From Octopus sinensis (taxonomy: Eukaryota), in NCBI RefSeq assembly GCF_006345805.1, contig NC_043006.1:42098001-42162000 (forward strand): a stretch of 64,000 bases of DNA. The letters are read 5' to 3'. Both the position numbers and the translations under genes were made by a program. This document shows positions 38,313 to 51,544 of this stretch, piece by piece; the stretch's first letter is position 1, and every line of letters starts with the position of its first letter. The notes beneath the pieces are model-generated. The model saw only the letters and a list, made by a program, of their open reading frames with translations. It was not told the DNA's origin and searched no databases.

Positions 38313-38799
38313 AAATTTAAAGGACTGACCACTAAAAGTGGACGGTCAACATGCTAGATATAGACGTCAAAAACGGTTTTATTTCCACAAAGAATGTGTT
38401 CTCAAATAAATAATAAACATATATATATATATAGAAGTATGCATGTATTAGTATTATGAGGACGGCAACAGTTGATTAAATTACGCTTAGTACTTCACCG
38501 CTTCCTAATATTATCGTTACAAAAATGGATGAAATCCGAAATCAACTTCGGGGCAATTTGAACCAAGAGTATCGAGGAATACAACTAAATATTGCAAAGT
38601 CTTACTTTGACCTTCTACCAATCCTGCCGATGTGCCGCAAATTCCGCCAATCAACTTCTCTCCTTCAATACTAAATAATGCAAACACTTAGACACCTGTG
38701 TCGTCATATAACTTGATCAATTTCTATTAAGCTTAAACGGAGCACAGGTAATGTTCCGAAGCGACCCACACACGCACTCTCCCCACACACACAAACACA

Positions 38800-39115
38800 C
38801 ACTCTCTCTTTCTCTATCGCTCTTTCTCATTCCACATATATTTGTTTCTCTCTCCGTATCTCTCTCTGTTTCTTTCTCTCCTCCTCCTTCCCCCCCCCTC
38901 TTTCTCTCTCCCTTTTTCTCTCTCCCTCTTTCTCTCTTCCTCTTTCTCTCCTCCTCTTTCTCTCTCCTTCTCTCTCCTTCTCTCTCCTTCTTTCTCTCCC
39001 CATCTTTCTCTCTCCTTCTTTCTCTCTCCCCCTCTTTCTCTCTCCCTCTCTTTCTCTCTCCCTCTCCTTCTCTCTCTATCTCTTTCTCTCTACCCCTCTT
39101 TCTCTTTACGTCTCT
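38800..39115. repeat. Polypyrimidine (CT-rich) low-complexity tract
   Basis: Direct reading. Confidence 0.93.
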
Positions 39116-39770
39116 CATCCAAATGCACATATACATAGTCTCGCTCACGCATACAGCATCACGAAGAAATACCAGCTAATTCATACTAACAATACAAGAG
39201 CACGGTCGATGATTTATTGTATCTCAGTGCCTATGTTACTTGCAGTTTACTAATTCATTACCACTGCATTCTAAAGATCAGCTGGATACACAATGAAAAG
39301 ATAATAAATATTGAAACGCAGACGATGGTTTATACGACCATTTAAATACCACCATATACTTCATCATTGTAGAAGTTATCGTTGAGAAAATCTCATATCT
39401 TCATAACAGTTTCTATGCTAAATGCATTGAAGTTCGTTTGAAAAAAGCTTGCATCATCGCACTTCACTCCGGTTACCAAACGTGTTTTTAGTGAGCTATT
39501 CATATAAGCTCTGTCGTACGTTATAACATAGTATCTTAGTATTATATCTAATCTTCGATTTGGCAACAGGTAAATGAAGGGCTTATCCTATATTTATTTG
39601 CATTGTCTTTAAATCACGCTTTCTAAAGTACACCAATATGACTAAGTGTGTCGGTGTGTATTTGTTTATTTGAAACTTCAGCTTTCCATGTTTCCTAGTT
39701 TACTATTCGCATTTTCACAGTAAAATAGTGATTATGAATTTTGAAATAAAGTAAATACATAGGTATATAT

Positions 39771-40433
39771 ATACTTTGATACTTACTTTGATAGGTTTCG
39801 GCCATTATTGGCCCAGGCCATGTCTAACTTAATAGCACCACCTGGTGAAGTCTTTCAAGTCAGAATTTGGGCACTATGGCCCACTCAAGTAGAGAGTTAT
39901 TGTTTACAGAGACATATCCGGGTGTAGGGGGTTTATCCGGGATTTCTTGAAGGAATCTGTCCAAAGACTTCTTGAACCCTATAGGGTCAGTTTCTGTTTT
40001 AATGTGTTTTGGTGTAATGTTAAAGAGAGCGGGGCCAATTGAGGTGAAATAATTGTGCCGTATTGTTGTTATGAGATGAGAGTGCGATTTTTGTTTTGGG
40101 CGGATGGCACGGGGCCCAAGCCTTGGATGTACCCTAAAGGTGATGCCAACATCATTTGGGCAATGCTGATGGAATATTTTCCACATCATGCAGATAATGT
40201 AGCGCTCACGACGACGTTGGAGAGAATAAAGTTTTAGCTTTTCTAGTCGACCCCAATAGTCGAGGCCTGTCATGCCATCTATCTTTTTTGTGATTGCCCT
40301 TTGAGGTGCTTCAACTTTTATGATACCTTGTATTGTGTGGGGAGACCACAGTGGACAACAGTATTCAAGGTGGGGTCGGGCAAAAGTGGAGAAGAGAAGG
40401 ATAATGGTGTGGATATCTCTCGACTGGAAAGTT

Positions 40434-40441
<8 letters not shown>
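39771..40441 (-). mobile_element. CR1/L2-type LINE 3' fragment
   Basis: RPHLEYCCPLWSP...EAPQRAITKKIDGMTGLDYWGRLEKLKLYSLQRRRERY...GPALFN...FKKSLDRFLQEIPDKP. Has a 3' UTR and a short tandem tail (TATCAAAG repeats). Confidence 0.92.
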
Positions 40442-40720
<279 letters not shown>

Positions 40721-40734
40721 ATGTGCATTTGGAT

Positions 40735-40945
40735 GATATATGTTATATATATATATATGTATGCATGTATGTATGTATGTATGTATGTATGTATATATAT
40801 ATATATATATTATATATATATATATATGTATGTATGTAAATTGATATATATATATATATGTATGTATATGTATATATGTATGTATATATATATATATGTA
40901 TGTATATATATATATATATATATATAGATATAGATAGATAGATAG

Positions 40946-40977
<32 letters not shown>

Positions 40978-41118
40978 AGATAGATAGATATATATATATA
41001 TAGTTAGATAGATAGATATAGATATATATATATATAGTTAGATAGATATAGTATATATATAGTTATATAGATATATATATATATATATTATATATATAAT
41101 ATATATATAGATAGATAT

Positions 41119-41163
<45 letters not shown>

Positions 41164-41360
41164 ATATAATATATAGATAGATATATATATATATATAGAT
41201 AGATAGATAGATATAGATATATATATATAGATAGATATATATAGATAGATAGATATATTATATATATATATAGATAGATATAGATATAGATAGATAGATA
41301 TAGATATATATAGATAGATAGATATAGATATAGATATATAGATAGATAGATAGATAGATA
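40735..41360. repeat. (TA)n/(GATA)n compound microsatellite
   Basis: Direct reading. Confidence 0.96.
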
Positions 41361-41367
41361 TCAGCAA

Positions 41368-41456
41368 GAATATTATTGACGGTGACTTCGTAGTTTCGGC
41401 CAGTTAAGCCATCCGTCAGTCTGGCCGAAACTTCGAAGTCATTGCCAATAATATTC
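41368..41456. repeat. 36-bp inverted repeat (17-nt loop) made from family A hammerhead sequence
   Basis: gaatattattgacggtgacttcgtagtttcggccag / ctggccgaaacttcgaagtcattgccaataatattc. Confidence 0.9.
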
Positions 41457-42681
41457 CTGTTTAAGAATAATAAATTTGTACTCGATAAAAGTATAGAGGA
41501 ACAACTTACTAGTAGTTTCTACGAATTCTCATTTTTGCAGTCGCTGAGCGTTTCTTCCATAAGGAAAACATTAAAAATAGTCTGCAAGGCATCCATTTCA
41601 TTGACTAACTCAGTTATGTGGGGCCTACACATAATTCATGCAACAGATTAAAGGGCATAATTCTTGACTGAAGTACTCGCTAGTTTACAAAGGCATATAA
41701 GTTTAAAATAAGATTATGTGTTGCAAATATATTTTCAAGTGACATATTTAAATACTGAAATTTTAAGCGACAAATTTCGAAATCTTAAGCTCGCGTATAA
41801 ATTACATTTTCAGTTATTTTATAGCAACAGTAAGCAACTTATGGGGCATAACGCTTCTCTCGTTTCTTGAACTTGTATTTTTGAATTAAAGAACACATCT
41901 TCAGAATTTTCACAATCCCAATACTGAGTATTAATAATACATTCAACCGGTTTGCAATAGTAATAATGATATGTGCAGAAATACGTTTGAAAAATTCTGA
42001 TCGGAATTTTTATGTGTAAACAAGACGAAACAGTTATTCTTCTCATACTGAAATAGTTGGTCGTCAGACTTAATATTTTGAGTTGCTCAATTGCACACAG
42101 ATTGCAAATAAAACCACGATCTTTGTGTGGTTTCTTTTTATTTTGCTCAGCTTATTGGAGACCGCTTTCTCATCTGACTTTCAGTGACAAATCTGTATTG
42201 CGATAATAAAATGGAATTGGTTTTCTTTCGGAGTCTGCGCAATGTTTATCGGATTTTAAACGAGTTCTTTATTAACCTGTGCTGTCTACTGATTTTTAGA
42301 TTGGTTTTATATATTACTGTGAAAAGAAATTTCTATTAAAACCAATGCTCAAATTTATGCACTTAAATTCACACTACCTTTTAGTGTTTCTGGAATTTTG
42401 AATATCGCTAGGGATTTCTAATTCTTATATTATTCAAAAGAACTACAGCGGACTTTACTAAAATTTCTAAAATAGGGTTTTAAGGTACCATTGATATACA
42501 TATATCTCCCCACTTAAAGAAGATGACTTGAAGCCTGTCACCAAGTCTGGAACTAGGAGCGAAGGTTTGACTCCACTCAAAGCACTCGTAGGTTAGACGG
42601 GGGTGTTAAAATGGTATAAACTCACTGCACTTGTACATGTATGAGTGTGTTTGTGTGTGCGCGCGCGCATGAATGTATGTA

Positions 42682-42896
42682 CGAGGACACGCCGAAAGGT
42701 TTTTAGCTTTAAGGGTGTCGCAAAATGCCTGGTTGGAGGCCCAACCTTCCGAGTTATTTTAAAGGGCTTAGAAAACCTGGAGGACCACAGCAATAAGTGT
42801 GTGAATATGAGAGGGGAATATATTGGATAAAATCATAATTAATTGATCCTCATGTATTTTTTTATCTAAAGCCAGGAATTTTTCAGCACACCCACG
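42682..42896 (+). mobile_element. Mariner deletion derivative (MITE-like)
   Basis: TA at both ends; degenerate ITRs cgaggacacgccgaaagg / tttttcagcacacccacg. Retains transposase C-terminus LENLEDHSNKCVNMRGEYIG*. Confidence 0.7.
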
Positions 42897-43299
42897 TATG
42901 TGTTTTGGATATGACTTTAAACTGGGTTCTGTAGTGGGGCTCTGGCCCAGAATTTCCAGAGTTTTGAAGAGTGTGGAATCACCTCTTAGATACTATTGTT
43001 CCGTGGTCTACTCTGACTTGGAATAGCAGCACCTGTCAAGGCCCCAGCTATGGGTTAACTAACATATGTGATGACAATACATCTGAGCACGTGGACGCAG
43101 AAATACACTTGGTTGGTGTCAGGGTACGCAGTAAAACCACTGGGAGTGAGGGACTCTAGCTGTTACCACAGTATTCTTTTGTAAGATGGGCACTATGATG
43201 TTTCATGTGCGATTTCTTGTGATTACTGGTCTTCTCGCTTCGTCTTGTAGCTATGTACTAATCACAGAGAATCAGAAAGTGGTACTCGTGTTATATAAG

Positions 43300-43578
43300 C
43301 GTTCATCACTATAATCCTATGTGGTAGAGATGTCTCTTCATGGTCATTCTATCTGCCGAAGACCTATGACGGAGGAAGAGTGACCAGTTGTACAGAACTA
43401 ATCAACTTGAAGCGCACAATAAATTCAGTTTTCGTATGTCATCCATGCCTCGAAACATACGGATCTACAGCGGTACTGAGCAGTCATCTGAGAAGTCATG
43501 GGTGGAAATTTAGAAATGTCTTTGATGGTGCGGAAGCACATGGAGACGGCAATAATCCGTGAAGATGGATCAATCAAT
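43300..43578 (+). mobile_element. Probable RTE-clade LINE 3' end with C-terminal C2H2 zinc finger
   Basis: RDVSSW...FVCHPCLETYGSTAVLSSHLRSH fits F-x-C-x2-C-x3-Y-x5-L-x2-H-x3-H exactly. A stop and a short tail (gatggatcaatcaat) follow. Confidence 0.55.
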
Positions 43579-43590
43579 ATGTATATATAT

Positions 43591-43922
43591 GTGAAGGCGC
43601 AGTGGTTAGAGGGTCGAGCTTACGATCGTGAGGTTGTGAGTTCGAATCCCGGACCGGGCTGCGTGTTGTGTTCTTGAGCAAGACACTTTATTTCACGTTG
43701 CTCCAGTTCACTCAGCTGTAGAAATGAGTTGCGACGTCACAGGTGCCAAGCTGTATCAGCCCCTTTGCCTTTACTTGGATAACACTGGTGGCGCGGAATG
43801 GGGAGGCCGGTATGCATGAGCGAATGCTGGTATTCCATAAACAACCTTGCCCGGACTTGTGCCTGGGAGGGTAGCTTTCTAGATGCAATCCCATGGTCAG
43901 TCATGACCGAAGAGGATCTCAG
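43591..43922 (+). mobile_element. SINE family M
   Basis: tRNA head with B-box gttcgaatccc; cttgagcaagacactttatttcacgttgctccag domain. Confidence 0.85.
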
Positions 43923-43934
43923 CTCAGCATATAT

Positions 43935-44110
43935 GTATATAGATGGACAGAATATGGACGACCTAATTCATATTTTCAAAATATTCAATCTAAATTTTGC
44001 AATAAACTCAGACATAGAAACAGCAAATTGTCTAGATATATTATCAATCACAGGTAAGTGAAAACCTCCAGAGAAAACAATACATATTTATAAGATTTCC
44101 TATGAAATTT
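43935..44110 (+). mobile_element. Possible second PLE RT fragment
   Basis: LIHIFKIFNLNFAINSDIETANCLDIL..TG weakly resembles IFK..GL.ITIE.N...VNFLDV. Confidence 0.3.
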
Positions 44111-44658
44111 ATAAAGTACATTATAGATAATATTAATTGATCTAACATGACAATATTCCACAACACAGACACATTGTGTAATATCACTCCAGCAAAACTC
44201 AGCTGTAATGGCAGATTGCCATACCATGCCATAAAGCACTACGTACAATGTTAGGATATAATAATGCACTTTAAACCTGCATATGGTATATAAATGATGC
44301 AACAAATGTTGATACGCACTCTTCCCCATTTCACATAGACAGTCCTAACTGTTTACGTGAAATTCTCGTAAAGTAAATTACAGATTTCTAGGCATGTGGA
44401 ATCACAATCTTTCAGTTATATTAAAACAAAGCGCTCAAAAACTGACTCATCTTGAACATAATTGTAGGCGCACAACTAACTGTGAGTTTAACAGAAAATT
44501 TCTTAGGAATTAATATTAAGTTTGAGGGTCAACATTTCGAGTATGACAGAAGTAACTGTTTCCCTTGTTTATACCGAAAAGGATTTTTAATTGTAAACAT
44601 CCAACCAGTTATATTTCAACTGGTGGAATACTATACATACATACATATATACATACAT

Positions 44659-44707
<49 letters not shown>

Positions 44708-44710
44708 TTA

Positions 44711-44908
44711 TTTTTTACTTGTTTGAGTCATGCTGGGCCACCGCCTTGAATATTTAGTTGAATAAATCGACCCCAGTACTTATTTTTTAAGCCTGGTACT
44801 TATTCTATCGGATCTCTTTTGTCAACCGGTAAGTTACGGGGACGTAAACACACCAACACCGGTTATCAAGCGCTAATGCGGGGACAGACAGACATAAAGA
44901 CACACACA

Positions 44909-45006
<98 letters not shown>

Positions 45007-45075
45007 GGCGGTCGCCTTTTCGTTTCCGTCTACCAAACCCACTCACAGGGCTTTGGTGAGCCCGAAGCTATAGTA
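44711..45075 (-). mobile_element. SINE family C (head lost)
   Basis: Tail and body are present. Confidence 0.8.
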
Positions 45076-45299
45076 GGGGGTCGTGGCGGACCCTGCTGTA
45101 CTCTTTCACCACAACTTTCTCTCACTCTTTCTTCCCAGTTTTTGTTTTACCTGTATTTCAAAGGGCCAGCATTGTCACACTCTGTGTCACGCTGAATCTC
45201 CCCGAGAACTACGTTAAGGAAACGACGTGTCTGTGGAGGGCTCAGTCACTTGTACGTTAATTTCACGAGCAGGCTGTTCCATTCATTGGACCAACTGGA

Positions 45300-45500
45300 A
45301 CAGAAACAGGAAGAAAGAGTGACTGAAAGTTATGGAAAAAGAGTACAGCAGAGTTTGCCAACACCACCCCTGCCGGATCCTCATGGGAGTTTTCGGTGTT
45401 TTCGCTCAATAAACACGCACAACGCCTGTTCTGGGAATCGAAACCGTAATCCTACGACCGCAAATCCACTGCCCTAGCCACTGGGCCATTGCACCTCCAC
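45300..45500 (-). mobile_element. SINE family R (partial)
   Basis: Head and part of the body. Confidence 0.75.
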
Positions 45501-45525
45501 TATATAATATCATGTTATATATGCA

Positions 45526-45713
45526 GGCGTAGGAGTGGCTGTGTGGTAAGTAGCTTGCTTACGAACCACATAGTTCCGGGTTCAGTCCCACTGCGTGGCA
45601 CCTTGGGCATGTGTCTTCTACAATAGCCTCGAGCCGACCAAAGCCTTGTGAGTGGATTTAGTAGACGGAAACTGAAAGAAGCCCGTCGTATATATGTATA
45701 TATATATATATAT

Positions 45714-45750
<37 letters not shown>

Positions 45751-45951
45751 TGTGTCTGTGTTTGTTCCCCCACAACATCGCTTGACAACCGATGCTGGTG
45801 TGTTTACGTCCCCGTAACTTAGCAGTTCGGCAAAACAGACCGATAGAACAAGTACTAGGCTTACAGAGAATAAGTCGTGGGGTCGATTTGCTCGACTAAA
45901 AGGCGGTGCTCCAGCATGGCTACAGTCAAATGACTGAAACAAGTAAAAGAG
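45526..45951 (+). mobile_element. SINE family C
   Basis: Full-length copy. Confidence 0.9.
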
Positions 45952-46548
45952 TATATATATATACTGTGCATATATATGTAGGTATGTATAATATTGACGT
46001 TGCATTTCAATAGAACAGCAGTCCCTAAGTACCGATCTAAGTTTATGCAATTTTGAAGAAAGTAAAATCTAACAGCTGTAAGGTCGATCCGTTATCTTGC
46101 TGGGTTTAGAACATTCATGTCTAAGAAATCGTATTTAATAAAATTCATATTTAATATCTTTTTAGTGATGAGTAAACTAAGATTTATCACTCATCATGCT
46201 TGTACGTTTTATAAATGGAGTGTTTCGAGCTGAGATACAAATCTAATCTGAAAGTCAATGAAAGGAAAATCGAAGCCCTATTGTCATCAAACTGACATCC
46301 CGCTGGTTCGTGAGTTGCGTTAATACATTTTATGCATTTGTTAATACATTTTATGCATTTGCGTTTTGCTATCGCTTTAAATCTAAATCTAAGTAATTTT
46401 TTTTGTGTGTGTTCTTTTCATTTGGGATTTACATATGCTTCCATGTTTTGTTTTTTTTTAACAATCTCTAGTCACAGTAATTTTTTTGCGACGGATAAAC
46501 TAGCTTTAAATGGTACATAAATGATGGCCTTATTTTTTAACGGAGTAT

Positions 46549-46848
<300 letters not shown>

Positions 46849-47002
46849 CAATTAGAACTCTGTAAGCTGTCTGATAAACAAATTACTATTCACCCACGGA
46901 CAGCGGAAATTTTATGTATGTATATATATATATATACCGGAGTAAACACATAAATGTGAAACAAGGTGGAAAAAAGAGTATAATACCATATAGAGTAATA
47001 TG

Positions 47003-47136
47003 CTTTATTTTAAGCAGCAGAAAATTCAACAAAATCTGTTACTCTGAGTTTCTCGTTGCCGTTCATCAGACAGTTTGAACGGCAACGAGAAACTCAGAGT
47101 AACAGATTGTTGAATTTTCTGCTGCTTAAAATAAAG
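47003..47136. repeat. 61-bp near-perfect inverted repeat with 10-nt loop
   Basis: Arms 47003-47065 and 47076-47136 are exact complements apart from a 2-nt bulge. Confidence 0.97.
47035..47075 (-). ncRNA. Minimal type-I hammerhead ribozyme (near-canonical)
   Basis: Minus strand reads aa-CUGU-CUGAUGA-ACG-GCAA-CGA-GAAA-CUC-A-GAG-UA-ACAG. Core is complete, with a GUA cleavage triplet, 4-bp stem I and GNRA-capped stem II. Only the 10.1-11.1 pair is A.A. AATAAA lies downstream. Confidence 0.75.
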
Positions 47137-47202
47137 TATATTATATATATATATATATATATATTACATGTGTGTGTATGTATGAATGTTTGTGTGTCTG
47201 TG

Positions 47203-47243
<41 letters not shown>

Positions 47244-47658
47244 CGAAAAGAATAAATATACAATGTCGATTATGATACATATATACGTATGTATTAGTTA
47301 ACAAGATTTAGACGCCTAAACGTTAATGTTTTCTCGGATTGGTTCCTTACTAAAAATTGTATAACATATAATCATATAATACATATATTATATATAAACG
47401 TATGTGTGTGTATGTGTGTATGTGTGTGTGTGTATGCAATTTACTTAACGTGGATACACTAGAAGAAAGCCATAATACTGCGGTATACATCTTTAGAAGG
47501 TATCTCGTACAAAAGAATAGTGCTGAAAAGCACAAAAGTATTACTAGCAGACGAAAAATATCCAGAATTTGCGGAGGAATTAATAGATCCCTGGATTTCT
47601 GCGTATTTGCGCGTCATCGGTAGCTAGTATTCACTATCAACCGCACGCTTAGACACAC

Positions 47659-47701
<43 letters not shown>

Positions 47702-47724
47702 TAATATATATATATGCATGCACA

Positions 47725-48290
47725 CAGCCAATACAACACACAACCTAAGAAACACAAGGAACATTCTGCATTATCTATTAAAACACATCATGATTGAGCC
47801 AAGACCGTAAAATCAAAAAGGCTTATGCATCATACAAAATAATCAGATGCAAAAAAAAACATAAACGTCCCTTTAAAATCACTTGCCAGAACGAATCTAA
47901 CTACGTACATAAATCCAACTGCTATAAAGTGTGGCTGTTCTAATTACAAGAATTATGACAACCTTGTTAAAGACACAACATATAAATTTTAATCTGAACA
48001 AGTTCTTCAAAACAATTTAATATATGCCCTTAAATACAATGGATGCGGCGAAAATTACATTGAACAAACCACACTTACCTTAAGAATGAGATTAACAATT
48101 AATCAACAACACACGAGATCCCAGGGCTAGACAGATCTTACTTAGTGAACATTTGAACATATAAGCAAAAACCAAATCTCCCTAATTTCGTGTCTTCCAA
48201 CTTTATGAGTGTACAGACAATAATACAGATCAAATACAAATGAATAAGTTAACTTTGTTAAATACACAAACCACAGATGCAGAGGCTATA
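47725..48290 (+). mobile_element. Penelope-like element linker plus GIY-YIG endonuclease remnant
   Basis: KCG..NY.N...NNLIYALKYNGCGENYIEQT.LTLRMRLTINQQH...LLSEHL matches the PLE consensus NxIYxxxCxxCxxxYIGxT...R...H. Decayed. Confidence 0.75.
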
Positions 48291-48732
48291 AAAACATCAG
48301 TAATACACAATTCGCCTTAAACTATGACCTTTCACGTGACCTATCATATCATATAACCTTAACATTTGAACGTAACTGAAAAGTAACCAAAGCTGTCCTT
48401 ACTTCACTACGTAACCATCTTCAACCAATCAATTTGCACGTTAACTGCGAGTGTTCTAATCCACATTCTTTCTATAAGATTTTTATGAAAACCGCTAGGA
48501 AAGTTACAACTTGCGACACAGCTCCACATACAATACATGTTAAGACGATTAAGTGTGTGTGTGTACATATATGTGTGTGTGTGTGTGTGTAAAAACTTAC
48601 TGTCAACAAAGGCTGCGTGGCGTTCAGTTATAAATCATTAAAAATATACATTATGTACAGGACATCACCAGCGATTGAAATAGGAAGTAATAAACAGTCG
48701 ACAACTGGGGAGGAGTTAGACTTCCTTTGGTA

Positions 48733-50019
48733 CGAGGGGCGTTCAATAAGTAATGCCTCTGACCCAGTTGCCTTTGTTTGATCTAGCTGAAATTTTGCAT
48801 GCGCAATTACTGATATCTCTATAGATTAAGTGGCAAATTACAGCTCCGAACTAATTGTGGTTTCTGATTTACAGGTGTTTGAACTGAGTCAAGTGTGAAA
48901 TGGAGCCTGTTGAGTGTCGAGCAGTGATCCGGTTTTTGTATTTGAAAGGACGCACACCACAGGAGACTTTTAATGAAATGAAAGTAACTTATGGTGATGA
49001 TGCCCCATCATATGACCTTGTAAAACGCTGGCATCGTGAATTCAAACATGGTCGGAACTCTGTGGAAACAGCTCCCAGATCTGGTCGCACCCCTTCTGCC
49101 ATTGATGAGGCATCTGTCCGTCAAGTTGAGGCTGCCATTTTGGAAGATCGACGCATAACTATTCGCCAAATAGCCCATGAGGTCACGATTAGTACCGGGT
49201 CTGTGGAAACTATCATTCATGACCATTTGCATATGCAAAAGGTGTCTGCCAGATGGATTTCCAGGTTGCTCACACTTTTCCAAAAGCAAGAACGCAAGAA
49301 TTCCAGAAGCAAGAATTTAGGGATGTGCCAAGAAGATGAGTCAAAATTTTTCAAAAGACTGATTACACAGGATGAAACCTGGGTCCATCACTATGATCTA
49401 GAGACCGTAGCCCAGTCAATGCAGTGGAAGCACCATGACTCACCTCCTCCAAAGAAGGCAAGGGTGCAGCCCTCCGCTGGCAAGGTCATGCTCACAGTCT
49501 TCTGAGACCAGATTAGTGATGACAGATTTCCTGGCAAAGGGTACCACAATTACAGGAGCCTATCATGTTTCACTTTTGAGGAAATTAAGAGAAGCTATCG
49601 AAACCAAGAGGCGGGGCAAGATCAGCAAAGGTATCCTCCTCCTGCAGGACAACACTCCGGTCCACAACTCGCGTGTCGCCAGATCAGAAGCACAGGCGTG
49701 CGGCTATGAACTCTTCCCCCATCCCTCTACTCTCCTGACCTTGCACCCTCTGATTTTCACCTCTTCCCAGCCATGAAGTTGTTTTTGAAAGGAAAGCGTT
49801 TCCCAGATGATGCAGCCTTGATTTCTGAAGTCACGTCGTGGTTGGAGGACCAAGCTGGGGTCTTCTACGAAAACTGTCTCCAGAACTGCATCAAACGATG
49901 GTAGAAATGCGTACCTCTGGGTTGTTCCTATGTAGAAAAATACTAATACCTGTGCCAAGTTTCGTTGCTCTACTGCTATGGGAAGTGGGTCAGGGGCATT
50001 ACTTATTGAACGCCCCTTG
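48733..50019 (+). mobile_element. Full-length (1287 bp) mariner, irritans-like, non-functional
   Basis: TA duplications at 48731-32 and 50020-21. ITRs of about 38 bp CGAGGGGCGTTCAATAAGTAATGCC. Transposase has ITQDETWVHHYD, QDN and (after frameshift repair) YSPDLAPSD giving D,D34D. In-frame stops and frameshifts are present. Confidence 0.96.
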
Positions 50020-50275
50020 TATTCTGTCCTGTACTTATCCTTCGTGTGTTTACATATTTTTCACTCGCTGGGGATGTCCTGTATTTAATGTGCAGTTTTA
50101 ATGATTGACAGACAGACAGACACACAGATAGATAGATATCTACAACATATGCGAAGAAAATTACAAAATAAATTCACATTTCTTAAAGTTCCACAGTGAA
50201 AGCCTACGGTTTATGCATACATAGACAAATATATACATCCATCCACGCACGCACGCACACACATACATACATGCT

Positions 50276-50382
<107 letters not shown>

Positions 50383-50430
50383 ATATATATTGTGCATATA
50401 TATATATGTGTGTGTGTGTATATATTGTGC

Positions 50431-50463
<33 letters not shown>

Positions 50464-51330
50464 CGTGTGTGTATGTATATATATATATATATATATATAC
50501 ATACATGCATGCATGCATGCATAATATGTGCGTGCATTTACCTGAACGATAGGACGAAGTACATGTGTTCTGTTATTCAAATGACATAACAACATATCAC
50601 AACAGCTTTTCAGGTCAAAATTCTAGTCACTGATCAATTCCATTACGTCCAGCCATCGTGAGAGGGTGAACTCTTGCTTTCGCTTATAATAGATAGGTAC
50701 GTTGGGAGAGAATCAATTATCACATAAAAGTAGACGTTAAAAATGGAGGCTAGGTTATGAGCAGGCTGTGTGAGAATTAGCCTTTTCAGATGTTGCAATC
50801 ATTGCATCTACCGCAATTGTTCACTTTAACCTGAATTTTTTTTTACGTGTTTATAAAAATACGTAAAAAATATTTACGTATTTATATCATTATTTATTGT
50901 TTTGTTTTGTTTGTTTGTTTGCTTTTTATTATTTTTGTTATCGCCTCTACGCTTTTATTATGGTTTTAACGCTGTATAACCAGGCACTTAGCACCAATCT
51001 ACAGTAGGTCTTCTGCAATGGTTGCTGTTTGTGTGTGTGTAAGTGTATAATCGTTTAGCTATATGTATGAGTATATGCGTTTGTACATCGAAGTATATAT
51101 GTGTGTTCATATATATATATATATAATATATATATAATATAATATATATATGTATATCTATATATACATTATATATATATATATATACATATATATATAC
51201 ATATATATATGTATATATACTTATATATATAATACAGTATATGTATATATACATATATATATATATGTATATATAATATATATATATATAATGTATATAT
51301 ACATATATATATATATGTATATATACATAT

Positions 51331-51544
51331 CACAATCAAGGAACGGCCATAATACATTCACCCACTAGAATAACAGCAAAAAGCTTCAACCGCAAAATAA
51401 CATAATTCCGTAAATCAGGAGAAAATTAAAAAACATTTACCTGAAATTTTTTCCTGATTTACGGAATTAATGTTATTGCGGTTGAAGCTTTTTGGCTGTT
51501 ATTTCTAGTGGGTGAATGGCCTATTATGGCCGTTCTTGATTGTG
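51331..51544. mobile_element. 214-bp palindromic MITE with CAC...GTG termini
   Basis: Arms of about 97 bp (51331-51427 / 51445-51544) are reverse complements; ATAT lies on both sides. Confidence 0.75.

Noticed and set aside
42130-42260. Acceptor-like ttttgctcag as the start of nAChR exon 4
   Set aside because: The phase-0 frame reads LIGDRFLI* with no WxD/WN/PD motifs.
48900-49505. Functional or domesticated transposase gene
   Set aside because: A stop at FW->F*, frameshifts before the second and third catalytic aspartates, and a further stop near the C-terminus.
51331-51544. Missed sequencing adapter as the cause of the palindrome
   Set aside because: The loop contains no recognisable SMRTbell adapter sequence, and the flanks on the two sides are different.
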